Source of the DNA: Octopus bimaculoides | Lineage: Eukaryota | Direction of reading: 5' to 3' | DNA length: 64,000 bases | Assembly (NCBI RefSeq): GCF_001194135.2 | Contig: NC_068983.1 | Location: 105,388,036 to 105,452,035 of the forward strand | Shown: piece after piece, positions 24,703-37,973 of the stretch | Position numbering within the stretch: the stretch's first letter is position 1 | Layout: each line of letters begins with the position of its first letter | Position numbers and translations under genes: made by a program | Notes under the pieces: model-generated | The model's input: the letters and a program-made list of their open reading frames with translations, nothing else | Databases searched by the model: none | Told to the model about the DNA's origin: nothing

Positions 24703-25205
24703 CTAATAATGTGACAAATAATGATATGTAAGACATGATCACACAAATACATCCAGACTTCAACACTCGTATGTTTATCATAGGTGTTTTTACATTTGAT
24801 GTACATGTATTAACTTTGTAGTGAAGGCACAAGGCCTAGTGGTTAGGGTGTTGCACTCACAATCGCAAGATTATGGTTTCGTGTTCTTGAGCAAAACACC
24901 ACCTCATGCTGCTCTGCGATCCCTTTGGCACCTGACATGTAGTACACTATTCATCTGTTCAGGCAAAGCCGATTTAATAGAGGGAGTCAGCTCATGTATA
25001 GCACATTCATTTGATCACTATAAACAAATCATTTGAGCATGTCATTCAGCAAAAGCTGAACACTCATATATAGTCTTCAAAGGGGGAGTCCATCATTGAC
25101 TTCATAACAGCTTCCAGTAAATCTAACATATAAGGCATCCTCTGCAAATTTCATGTTGACTGGCAATAACAGCAAATATTCTTCACCATGAAACATTCAA
25201 GAGAT

Positions 25206-25432
25206 TTAACTCCTTTAACATTCAGATTACTGTTAAATGTAATGCTTATTTATTCCCATTGTCATTAATTAATTGTGGCTTATCTTGTAGTTTTGAGATT
25301 TCAATGATCTGATTGTTTATTTTTAGAATAACATTGCAGCATGAGTGTGAGAAGCTGGATCTGGCCAGTTTAAACATAAAACAGGTAGAACATTTTGGCC
25401 AGATATGGCTGGATTAAATGTTAAAGTATTAA
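25206..25432 (-). mobile_element. ~220-bp piggyBac-type MITE (TTAA target, CCCTTTAGCATT TIR)
   Basis: TTAA at both ends; reverse complement of the copies at 45455, 50428, 54838. Confidence 0.8.
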
Positions 25433-26327
25433 GCAGATGACAATGTCTAAGTTCATCTAGATATCCCACAAAGATTTTAACCCAGTTTACTGGAGGCTGT
25501 GATGCACCCATTCTTGCAATAAAAACAGCTCACAGCTGGACTCTCCTTTGGTAACCATCTTTACACCAGCATGTGCACACAGTCATTAAGTACAGAAGCT
25601 TCTTTGGCTACTTCAATACAAGGTAATTTTAATCAGTAGTGTTCCATCTTCAAATAATGAAATTGCTGAGTTGGCTTCTATTATCTCCAAACTTTTTAAC
25701 CTGTTTTTCCTTATTGATTTTTTATCTGGAAACGCATAACCACAATGTTCCATACATACAAGAAAGAAAACTTTACTCACCCTACTAAGTAATGAGCTTT
25801 AACTCTCACAGCTAACTTCTCCAAGATAACAGATATAAAAAGGAGTGGTCATCTCCCTGAATTTCTTTCCTTTTAACTAATTTCTTTCCAGCAAACTAGG
25901 CCCAATGGAATTAGCATTTTCTATGTCACACATAAAACTTTGGGTAAAGCACAACCAATTGAAGAACAAAAGGATATTTACTAGAATTAATAGAGAAGAA
26001 CTCATCTGTGTTAGCAAATATTGGAAATGAACTGATGTATGTTTTGTCATGGGTTCAGTCAAAAACTCCTTTGAGTGCAATCTGAAACATTTACCTCTAC
26101 TTGATCTCAAAGCACAACAAACCAATTACTTTAAAATCCCGTGTAATTTATGCACTTTTTTTCACAAAACTAAACTTTAGTGGGTGCATAAATTACAGGA
26201 GTAGATCTTTTCCAGAATTTTTTTAGAAATTTTTGTAGTTGAAAGACATGCAAAATGTAAACATTTGTATCAGAAGTTTACTCATTTAATGTCAGAATGG
26301 GTTTTTACAGAAAAAATAAGGGCTTAA

Positions 26328-27567
26328 CCCTTTCATTACTATATTTCTGACCAAAATACACCCTTCATGAGTTTCAATTAAATTCTAAAATAATCATGAA
26401 TTTAGACTAGTTTCATTAAACAACTGTAACTTTTTTACTTATCAACATATTAATGTGATATTTGGAACATAATTAAAGAAAGGGTTCTTATCAATTCTAT
26501 TGCATAACTTTTGTCTCAAAGTGACTCTAATTACAGGTAAATCCAGGTAAACTGAGCAAAAGGTAAAAATATTAAAATTTTGTTTAGACATCACCATAGA
26601 AAATGAATCATCAGCTAATATTCAATTGGGTATGCAACAAAATTTTGATATAGAAGAATTGTACATATCACNNNNNNNNNNNNNNNNNNNNNNNNNNNNN
26701 NNNNNNNNNNNNNNNNNNNNNNNNNNNNNNNNNNNNNNNNNNNNNNNNNNNNNNNNNNNGTATGGAAGTGATAAATTCCAGACCACATCGTACCCTAGGC
26801 CATGCTGACTAACATTATTTTCCCTATATAAAAACTAAATCCACAGCAGTACCCAGTATTTGCTTCACAAATTTTCCAAACTTTGATCTCCCATTTCGTG
26901 GGCTTTCCTGGCATATACTGTTTGTTTACATTCTGCGTAACAGTTTGTTTCCACAGTGATCGCTTCAAACAAGCATACTGAAAAAAATAAAAGTCTAACG
27001 GTTTCACTTCCTAAGAAAGACTATGGATAGACCTCATTTCCTCAGAAAAATTGCTAATAAAAACATTTTTAAAGTTTTTACTTCATTCCGATATAAAATC
27101 ATCTTTGCTGTCATTATCGCCACTTTGTTTATTCAGAATTGCTGCTTTCGGTATCGAATACAGAAATATTCTATTCGCTCTTGTACACCAAGTGCTTTTG
27201 TACCTCATTTATTCTTTTTCTTGATATCTCCATATTTTCTGTTGAAAAACTTTTAAATTCGGAATCACTGCTTGATAGCATGAAACTCCTATCCATTTTC
27301 AAAGTTGAAAAAAAAATCGATGCTGAAAAAATGTGGAAAAAAATCTCCCAAAATTCACTGAGTTCAGATATCACGTCAAGCAATGTCAGATACTATAACT
27401 CAACTATTTACAAAGTGAAATCACATATTTTCACAAATGTACTAACGAGATTTGTGCTTAAATTCACATTTAAATAACAATGGGTACTCTCAGCTGGCTA
27501 TGACCAAGTTGGTCTTATGAACCAAAAAATTTTTCGGCCAGCTACGGCCAGGTTAGTATCGAAAGGG
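26328..27567 (-). mobile_element. Internally deleted piggyBac transposon
   Basis: TTAA|CCCTTTCATTACT left end and AGTATCGAAAGGG|TAAA right end (13-bp TIR, 2 mismatches); PGBD-type fragment KQYMPGKPTKWEIKVWKICEANTGYCCGFSFYIGK (26795-27007) and acidic N-terminal SSSDSEF remnant. Confidence 0.88.
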
Positions 27568-27799
27568 TAAAATATAATGAAGTTGACTTTTATTTATGCT
27601 GGACGATATAATGCTTACATTTTCTGTATAAATTTACTAAAACCATTAAATGGTTAACTATTTTTTGAAGTCTGATGTATATGCTGGTAGTCATGGTCCA
27701 GGCCATATTTACATGGTTGAGTAAAGTGTCATCCAAGCTGATGTTTATTGATAATTAAATTTAATTTGCAACACCTGTGCATATTTATCAGCTTTGTTT

Positions 27800-28240
27800 T
27801 TGTTGATAATTCTTTAACAACTTTTCCTGTGATCGTGGTTTGAGAAGACATACAGCAGTATGCTAAAGATCGGACATAATCTCTTGTGGGCAAGAAATGT
27901 AAAATAAAGTTTATCATAAACAAAATTATCCACCATCTTTCCAACAACCTTGGACACCTTTTTGAATTCCATATAACAAACACTCATGGACATGCTTCTA
28001 AAATCAAAAAACAGCACAGCACCCATGACTTTCGGAAACATTTTTTCACGCTCAGAATTGCTGAAGCATGGAATAAACTACCCGCATCAGTTGTTAGCTG
28101 TCGAGACACTACTTCCTTCAAAACTTCCATGCTTCCTGAAATCCGCCAACAATAAAACTGATGGCTTTTTTTTTCTTTTAGTTGTAGTGCACCTGAGCAC
28201 TGTATACAATAATGTCCTTCATTATATCATATATACATGC
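27800..28240 (+). mobile_element. CR1-clade LINE 3' end
   Basis: TNTHGHASKIKKQHSTHDFRKHFFTLRIAEAWNKLPASVV, the typical CR1 ORF2 C-terminus (TRGH..KL.K...F..RV...WN.LP). Confidence 0.85.
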
Positions 28241-30439
28241 TCACAATTTGTAAGATAATACTTCGGTTATTTCCAGTTATGTGAAGACACACAGTCTCAA
28301 CCAGGTACATGCATGCATGCACACAGTCTCATACAGTTATGTACACATACAAACACACTTAAATACAGTCTCATACAGTTACATGCACACACTCACAAAC
28401 ACACAATCAATGTCATATTTTTCTTTTATTTATCTTTATTATTGGAATGCTAACGTCGAGAGAAGAGGAGAGTATACCGAGTGGCTAAAGCAGACTGACA
28501 TTGTCAGTCTCATAAAGGAGGAGAAGGAGGGTATACCAAATGAGTAAAATGGACTGACACAAACTAATTTTATTTACATAGACAGCACAAGCACTTTGTA
28601 ATATAATAGCTTTTAATGTGATACCTGTTAAACAGAAATTATTTTTATTTAATGAAAATTTAATAAAATCTAATCATAAGTAAGTGAAATTATGCTAAAT
28701 ACAACTAAATTGAAAACTTTTTTCCCCTGGCCATATTGGCAATTCTGAAAACTATTGGATGCAAATTTTACATGAGTAGAAGCTTTTTTTAACAATTTCT
28801 ATCCTGAAAATCACTTGTGTAAATTACACAGGTACACAAATTACAAGGGTTTTTATGGTATTTTTCTCTATTTAAAAAAATATCTTTGAGAGAGATAGTA
28901 AAAGGCCAATAATTTTGAAATATCACTGATATTCTGAAACAATTCCTGTTGAAGAGTGAGCTTTTATGAATATTATATCTAAATCAAAATGGAATCTGGT
29001 GTAGCTCCCCCACTTGCCAGCTCTGGTCAAACCATCCAACCCATGCCAGCATGGACAACGGACATTAAATGATGATGATATCTCTATTAAAGGCCATATC
29101 AGCTCTCTCATCATTACATTGAGTCTATTTCTACCTGACTCTACCATGCCGTAGCTATTTCTTCTCAGACAGCTTGACAGCTGATAGAAAACAGACTGAG
29201 AATCTATGTGGCAGCTTGCCCTGCTAGAAACAGCAACATGAGATGGTGTTTTGCTCAAGAACACAATGCAGAACTCTGTCTAGGAATTGAAACCACAATC
29301 TTGCAATTGTGAGTTCAACACTCTAACCACTAGGCCATGTGCCTTCACTACAAAGTTAATACATGTACATCAAATGTAATAACATACTTTACCATCATAA
29401 AATGGGAAGGATACATTAGACAGTGTACTCTCAGATATACAGAAAGACTCAAATGTATTCCAGCTGTGTGTTCAAATGTGTTCCAGCTCACTGCTGGAAC
29501 ACATTTGATCATAGATTTGTTATATCAGAACTGATCTGGACTGAACAACAAAGAATTATTTGCATTTCTCTCATTACATTAACCAAAACAGTCGTGTTAG
29601 CTTCCTCATCCTCCACACCTCTCTACATCATCATCATTATTTTCATAACCATTTTTCCATAGATTAGATGAAACTTTACTGAGGCAGTTTTTCTACAGCC
29701 CAGTACTCATCCTATCACCAGTCCTTGCTTGTTTTTTTAAAATAAGGTATTTCTTCCATTTCATCATGTCTGCTGAACTGGGGAACAACTGTTCACTAAA
29801 GAACAAACAATGTCACTGTCTTTTGCTCAGATATGCTGATGTTGACGAACTGAACTGACATTTACACACACACACACACACACATGTGAGAGAGAGACAG
29901 AGAGAATGCATGTATATATATCGACCGACTTTTTCTCAAAAAATCATAAGTTTTAAGGCCTAAATATTTATTAGGAAGGTTACCAATAACAAAAAATGGA
30001 AAGCCTAGCTAGAATTATGACCATCTGTTGAATCTCAACCCAAAATAACCAAACCTTATAACTATACATTTCATTTACAGTGTTAAGCATTCAATCAGCT
30101 GTTTTATATCATAATTCTGCTTAATTAAATCTCATCAGGTCAACTCAACAACATCAAAAGCAGGAAGCTGCTGAATCTCCTGATATTAACAAAAAACAAT
30201 ACAACCATACAACAGCCTACACCAATACCAGTGATAATTTTTCATTCTCATGTAACAAGAGAATGAATTAGGTTTCTAATTATTGTCAACTTTTCTTGTC
30301 ATCTAGAACAATGATCCCCAAACTTTTTTGCAGTATGTACCAGTCTGATGCAAAACAATTTTCCCAGAAACCAGGGGATCATGCACATAACAAAACACAA
30401 AGTGCACAATACATAAATTATTACCATATATAATAAGTG

Positions 30440-30780
30440 AAAGCACATGGCTCAGTGGTTAGGGCATCAGGCTTACAATTGCAAGGTTGTAGGTTTGATT
30501 CCTGAACTGGGCCGTGTGTTGTGTTCTTGAGCAAGACACTTTATTTCATGATGCTCCAGTTAACTCAGTTGTAGAAATGAGTTGCGATGTCACTGGTACC
30601 AGGCTGTATCGGCCTTTGCCTTTTCCTTGGACAACATCAGTGGTGTGGAGAGGGGAGACTGATATGCATGGGTGACAGCTGGTTTTTCACAAACAGCCTT
30701 GCCCAGACTTGTGCCTCAGAGGGGAACTTTCTAGATGCAATCCCATGGTCATTCGTGACCAAAGGGGGTCTTGGCTTTAC
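30440..30780 (+). mobile_element. tRNA-derived SINE, second family (gcacatggctcagtggttag...gtgttcttgagcaag)
   Basis: A box TGGCTCAGTGG, B-box-like GGTTTGATTCC; homologues at 24826-25090, 29200-29340 (minus), 33430-33750. Confidence 0.8.
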
Positions 30781-32858
30781 ATATATAATAAAAATATATT
30801 ACATATAAAATGCAGAAACACCCAACAGACTGTGATAGTCAATGAAATAGAAATAAAATTTTAAAATTTATTTTTCCCAAGTAGCCATGTACCAAATGAG
30901 CCACAATTCAGTACTGATGCACAATTCAGCCCAGTGGCTGGGGACTCCTTGATCTAGAAAATACTAACAGACACGTTTCATCTTGGCATCAGTTTAAAAT
31001 AGGTATTAACAAACACTCAATTTCTTCATGCTTACAATCATAGGAACCATAAATTTTTTCTTTCTTCAGAATATCAAATTAACTAAAGAAAGTATGATAG
31101 ACAGACCAGATGAAAAAAAAAAATTAGTGGATATTATGCTATTTCACAGTAAAACTAAATTACAAAAAAAAAAAAAATCAATTAAAATATGACCAGGTTT
31201 CCAAATGGGGTGGGTATTTTCTTTTCTTTCTTCCTTTTGGGTATTTTTAATTTAATTCACATATGAAGCTGGCAAACCAAAAGTAAAAACTCTTGAAAGC
31301 TCCATCTCTTTTTTTTTTTGTTTATTTATTTCCTTACAATTTTATTTTTCTTGTTTCTTTTCTTCTTTTTAGACTNNNNNNNNNNNNNNNNNNNNNNNNN
31401 NNNNNNNNNNNNNNNNNNNNNNNNNNNNNNNTCATTCAAGAAATTGAAGTAAAATGCCTGAGCTGATGAGAATTAATGGCAAACCTTTTGATATCAGTTA
31501 GGCTAAGGCTATCACAGTGTAGAATAGCAGAAAACTATTAAATGTCATCTCTGTTTGAACTGGCCCTGTATTCAAATTGTCTTTTTATTCTATGGGGTGT
31601 GGTGGCTGACTCAAAGAAAGAAGACAGAAAATAGAAATTCCATTTAAACTGGAATTACACCCCCCTAGAAAGTTATTTGGTGAAGGAATTCCATAAAATA
31701 AAATAAAATAAAAATATCTATAATTTGACCAATAAGAAACAAAAGATCTGGTCTGACTAGACAGCTAACATCTTCATTGATGTTAAATAAATATTTCATT
31801 AAAGATCTGAAGGAGCACTTCTTCAATAGACAGTGTCAATTGCCGATTGAGAAATCTAATTACCAAAGTTTGCAAGAGACAAAGTAATACAGTGGAAGCC
31901 AGAGAATCATATAGTAGTTTTTCATAAGAGACATTGATATCCAAATCTTATTAGACACACAGCTACTGTATTTCCCTCCACAAAAAGGAAAAAAATGCAA
32001 AGGATACATCAGTTTCTATCTACAAGCTTGTCAGAAGGTTCAAGAAAACAATGACGACATTATAAAACCCCTTGCCAACAGCACTACAATCACCACCATT
32101 ACTACTACTACCACCACCACCTAAAAATGTCAGCCTTCCTTCATCTAATTGTTTCCTTCTACTCTAAGCTAGTTTTATTGAATTAGACATCACTGACATT
32201 GTCCTAAATTGCCAATTAGGCAGTAATCATGAAAATAAGACAGTTTCTGCAGACTGCAGAAAATACCATCTGGGCATATGTCTGGCTGTAATAAATATCT
32301 GCTGCATATGTTGTCTATCTGCAGCACCAATAAATAAACTAATTACTAAATAATAAATAACAACAATAGCAAATGCTGCAATACAAATATTGCGCCAAAG
32401 TTGTTGGACATGGCAATACAGAAAATATATGGGAAATGTTTATGTAACTGAAATTTTTTTTTCTTTCATTTTTCTTCTTTTTTTTTTATTTTTGTATTTT
32501 TAAATCAAAAACATTTTTCCTTGCAGCACTACACCCAACATAATGACCATAAGTATTGATTTATATGATGGCTATTGATTGATTACTTGCAACAAAAATC
32601 TTACATTAAACTCAGTCTCAAAACTGTTTTGTTGACTGTTGTTTTTTTCTTCTTTTATTAAAGGATTCTAGAATTAAAGGAAAATCGTTATTGGATTTAA
32701 ATACAATAAAACAACTGGATATAACTGAAGTTACACATCAAACATGAAGTTATAACTAAAGCTATACATCAAACAACAGGTCATTATTGAAGCTATAGAT
32801 CAACTAAGATCTACTCAAACTTGAGTCTCAACGTATCAAACAACTAGGTACAAATCCA

Positions 32859-32941
<83 letters not shown>

Positions 32942-33134
32942 CATACATATATAAATAAATATATATATATATGTGCAGGCACAAGCATGGCTGTGTGGTT
33001 AATAAATTCGTTTTGCAGCCATATGGTTTCAGGTTCACTCTCACAATGCAGCACCTTGGGCAAGTGTCTTCTACTCTAGCCCTCGGCCAGCCAATACCTT
33101 ATGAATGAATTTGCTTATAGAAACTGCGCAAAAG

Positions 33135-33181
<47 letters not shown>

Positions 33182-35343
33182 TCTCTCTCTCTCAACCACA
33201 ATCAGTGTTGGTTTATTTACATCCTTGTAACTTAGCAGTTCAGCAACATAACCCAATAGAATAAGTACCACACTTAATGAAGAAAAAAGTACAGGATTCA
33301 ATTTATTCAACTAAACCCTTCAAGGTGGTGTCCCAGTATGGCCACACCCCAATGACAGAAACAAGTAGAAGATAAGACATATAGAAGACAATATTAAAAA
33401 GATACAGCATCAATTACATTACTGTGAAGGCACATGGCTCAGTGGTTAGAGCATTGGGCTCACAATCATGAGGTAGTGGATTCAATTCCTGGACCAGACT
33501 GTGCATTGTGTTCTTGAGTAAGAAACTTTATTTCATGTTGCTCCAGTTCCCTCAACTGTAAAAGTGAGTTGCGACTGGTGCCAAGCTGTATCAGCCTTTG
33601 GATAACATTGGTAGCATGGAGAGGAGAGGCTGGTATGCAAGAGCAATTGCTGGTCTTCCATAAACAACCTTACCCAGACTTGTGCCTTGAAAGGAAACTT
33701 TCTAGGTGCATCCCATGGTCATTCATGACTGAAGTCAGGGGAGGTCTTTACCTTTTAATTACATTACTGAAATAGCCAACCTGATAAAAACTAGACTCGA
33801 CCACAAACACAATACATCACTATGCATGACAAAAAAATCTCAGCACCCAAAAAATAAAGAAGTAGCAATGAAAATAAACCATAGAAAAACAGAAAAAAGG
33901 TGACAAATATCTACATCCAAAATACATAATAAAACATTATAGAAAATAATTAGCAGCATGCACACCACAATAACAATTTTAAATGAGTGGTTGGCATTAG
34001 GAAGGGCATCCAGTTGTAGAAACCAAGCCAAAACAGACATAGAACCTGGAAAAGCCTTCTGACTCATCTGTTCCTATCAAACTGTCCAACCCATACTAGC
34101 AAGATAAAAGATGTTAAATGTTGATGATGGTGGTGGTGGTGATGAGATGATGATGATAATGACATATAATAGGTATAGGCATGGCTGTATGGTTAAAAAG
34201 CTTGCTTCTCAACCATGTGAACCTGGGTAAGTCGCACTATATGGTACCTTGGGCATGTCTCATACTATAGTCTCATACTGACCAAAGCCCTGTGAGTGAG
34301 TTTAGTAGACAAAAACCTAATATATACATGTATATATTTCATAAATATGGAGAATGGGGTCGTTCACTTGCCCTGATATCATATGATGCTTGTAAAGAGA
34401 GCAGCACTGTCATAAAAGCAATGTCATTATTTTTAGTTTTCTGTAAAAAATACATGTTGGCAACAGGAAGAGCATCTGGCCATTGAAAACTGCTTCAACA
34501 TACTCCATCTAACCCATGCAAGGATGGAAAAGTGAACATCAAATAATGATTATGATGATAATGATGATGATGGTGAAGCCCATTTTCCAAAAACAAGTAA
34601 ATACCGAAATCAAAACATTTTTCAAAAAATTCAGTCGCCAAAAACCACACAAAGAAGAACACAAAACAAAATATGTATTGTCCACTTATAACATGACATT
34701 AACCAACTTCCTTCCATCAGAAAACCGATAAAGCAACTGAGTCAAAAACCTCAGCTTACATCTAAGGCTCAAAGAATTCACTGCACTCAACAACAATTCA
34801 TACCAAGCCAAAAGGTTACTGAACTAACAAAATAACAACCAAATCTCCCACAAAACACATCCTTACTAGGCTTTAATAAAAGGGGATATATTGAATAATG
34901 CACTCTGAGACACACTATAATGTGGAAAAATTGGAACTGAGCTTTCAGTCAAAAGTCTGCTTCATCGGGGTTGACCTTTGGGCTAAACAACCACATGTAC
35001 CAACACAACCAAATCTCAGAATCTGGAAACTGGCTGAAGTTGCAGTACAGTTGCATTACCATCATATACACACACCTACAAAATTGTGAGATACATCTTG
35101 GACTGATGTGTGTGTGTTGATTTATATTGGGATTTCTTCTTTTTCATTTTTACTTGTTTCAGTCATTTGACAGCAGCCATACTAGAGCACCACCATAAAG
35201 GATTTTAATTGAAGAACACGACCCCAGGACATTCTTTCTAAGCCTAGTACTTAGTCTATTTGGTCTCTTTTGCTGAACCGCTAAGTTACAGGGACATAAA
35301 TACATCAGCATCAGTTGTCAAGTAATAGAAGGGGAACAAACAC

Positions 35344-35382
<39 letters not shown>

Positions 35383-36300
35383 TCAGTGAATAGTGGGGTT
35401 GTGTTAACCGCACATGGAGAAATAATAGGAAAATGAAGAATAAGGCAGAATGCTAAACTGGAAGCATGTTTTAATAAAGATTTTTAACTGGCTTTCATTG
35501 CGAAGCAAATTTTCAAGAAGGAGAATGAAAATGTTTTTTACAAAGAAGTACAAAATGAAGAAAATAATATATAAAAAAATAAAAATACCAATACNNNNNN
35601 NNNNNNNNNNNNNNNNNNNNNNNNNNNNNNNNNNNNNNNNNNNNNNNNNNNNNNNNNNNNNNNNNNNNNNNNNNNNNNNNNNNNNNNNNNNNNNNNNNNN
35701 NNNNNNNNNNNNNNNNNNNNNNNNNNNNNNNNNNNNNNNNNNNNNNNNNNNNNNNNNNNNNNNNNNNNNNNNNNNNNNNNNNNNNNNNNNNNNNNNNNNN
35801 NNNNNNNNNNNNNNNNNNNNNNNNNNNNNNNNNNNNNNNNNNNNNNNNNNNNNNNNNNNNNNNNNNNNNNNNNNNNNNNNNNNNNNNNNNNNNNNNNNNN
35901 NNNNNNNNNNNNNNNNNNNNNNNNNNNNNNNNNNNNNNNNNNNNNNNNNNNNNNNNNNNNNNNNNNNNNNNNNNNNNNNNNNNNNNNNNNNNNNNNNNNN
36001 NNNNNNNNNNNNNNNNNNNNNNNNNNNNNNNNNNNNNNNNNNNNNNNNNNNNNNNNNNNNNNNNNNNNNNNNNNNNNNNNNNNNNNNNNNNNNNNNNNNN
36101 NNNNNNNNNNNNNNNNNNNNNNNNNNNNNNNNNNNNNNNNNNNNNNNNNNNNNNNNNNNNNNNNNNNNNNNNNNNNNNNNNNNNNNNNNNNNNNNNNNNN
36201 NNNNNNNNNNNNNNNNNNNNNNNNNNNNNNNNNNNNNNNNNNNNNNNNNNNNNNNNNNNNNNNNNNNNNNNNNNNNNNNNNNNNNNNNNNNNNNNNNNNN

Positions 36301-36336
<36 letters not shown>

Positions 36337-36594
36337 GGCTTCTTTCTGTTTCTGTCAACCAAATCCACTCACAAAGATTTGGTTGGCCCGAGACTATAGT
36401 AGAAAACACTTGCCCAAGATGCTACACAATGGGACTGAACCCGGAACCATGTGATTGGGAAGCAAGCACGTGTGTATTGATTTGTAATGGTGTATGTGTA
36501 GATTTGCACTGGTATGTACATATATGTGTGCTGATTTGTACTGGTGTGTGTGTTAATTCATATTGGTAGTCCATATGTGTGTTTGTGTGTACAT

Positions 36595-37264
36595 TTTGAG
36601 CTGGTAGAATCGCTGGCATGTCAGGAAAAAAATGTCCTGCAGTAATTGTTACAGCTCTTTATGTTCCAAATTCAAATCTGACCAAGATTATTTGTCATTT
36701 TTCATTCTTTTGAGGTCAAAATAAGTACCTGTCAAGGTCAATCAAATCAACTTCTTCAAAATTACTGGCCTTATACCTAAATCAGAAACCATTGTCGTTG
36801 TTGTTGTTCTTATTATTAAGGTGGCAAGCTGGTAGAATCGTTAGCATGTCAGGTGAAATGTTTTTAGGGGCATTGTGTCAGTCATCATGTTCTGAGTTCA
36901 AATTTTGCAGAGGTCAACTTTGCCTTTCATCCTTTCAGGGTTGAAAAATTAAGCACCAGTGAAACACTGCAGTTGATGTAATCAACTAGTCCCCTGCTCC
37001 AAAATTTCAAGCCCTGTGTCTATAGTAGAAAGGATTATTATTATTATTAAGGTGGCAAGCGGGCAGAATTATTAGAATGCCAGGTGAAATGCTTTCAGTG
37101 GCATTTCATCAGTCTTCGTGTTCTGAGTTCACATTCCGCCGAGGTTGACTTTGCCTTTCATCCTTTCAGGGTTGAAAAATTAAGTACCTGTGAAACATTA
37201 GGGTCAATGTAATTGACTAGTCCTCTCCCACTTAGTTTCAGGCCTTGTGCTTTTAGTAGAAAGG

Positions 37265-37296
<32 letters not shown>

Positions 37297-37600
37297 GGTG
37301 GCAAGCTGGCAGAATCGTTAGCACACTAGCCAAAATGCTTAGCGGCATTTTATCCATCTTTACATTCTGAGTCCAAATGCAGCTGGGGTCAACTTTGCCT
37401 TTCATCCCTTCAGGATCAATGAAAAAAGTACCAGTCAAGTACTGGGGTCAATTTAATCGACTAGTCCTCTCCCCACAAGTTTGAGACCTTGTGCCTCCAG
37501 TAGAAAAGATTATTATCATTATTACAACTACTACAAGTGACAAGCTAGCAGAATCATTAGTGTGTCAGACAAAATGCCTAACAGTATTTCTTCTAGCTCA
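36595..37600 (+). repeat. Head-to-tail array of 4-5 units of a ~230-bp tRNA-SINE joined by (ATT)n
   Basis: Unit aaggtggcaagctggcagaatcgttagc...ttctgagttcaaatt...tagaaaggattattatt repeated at ~36600, 36815, 37046, 37290, 37535; reversed copies at 6190-6400, 12150-13070, 23650-24230, 54030-54260, 55440-55850. Confidence 0.85.
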
Positions 37601-37932
37601 TTATGTTCTGTATTATGTAACCAACCAAGTTGCATTTGAGGTTGCATTAAGAACAACCAAGTTTGGTAACAAATTCAGTAAAGAATTTAGTGTACAGGGT
37701 TTTATCTTTAATTCTTTTCCTTTTTACCATAAGGCAGTAATGTAAGATTACAGAGCATGAGGTATTCATATTGTCATGGCTTGGTTCATACTATAGTACC
37801 AATCAAAAAGCTGCAGAGGAAGTTCCCAAGCTAAAAAAATGACCAAGTGTCCAAAAATCTAATAGTGAACAGTAATCAACATAGCAAAGAGCTAAATGTT
37901 GATTAGTATTACAGAACCTAAAACCTCAGAGA

Positions 37933-37973
<41 letters not shown>

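Noticed and set aside
36595-37600. CRISPR-like or satellite array
   Set aside because: Eukaryotic DNA; units are ~230-bp tRNA-SINEs without unique spacers.
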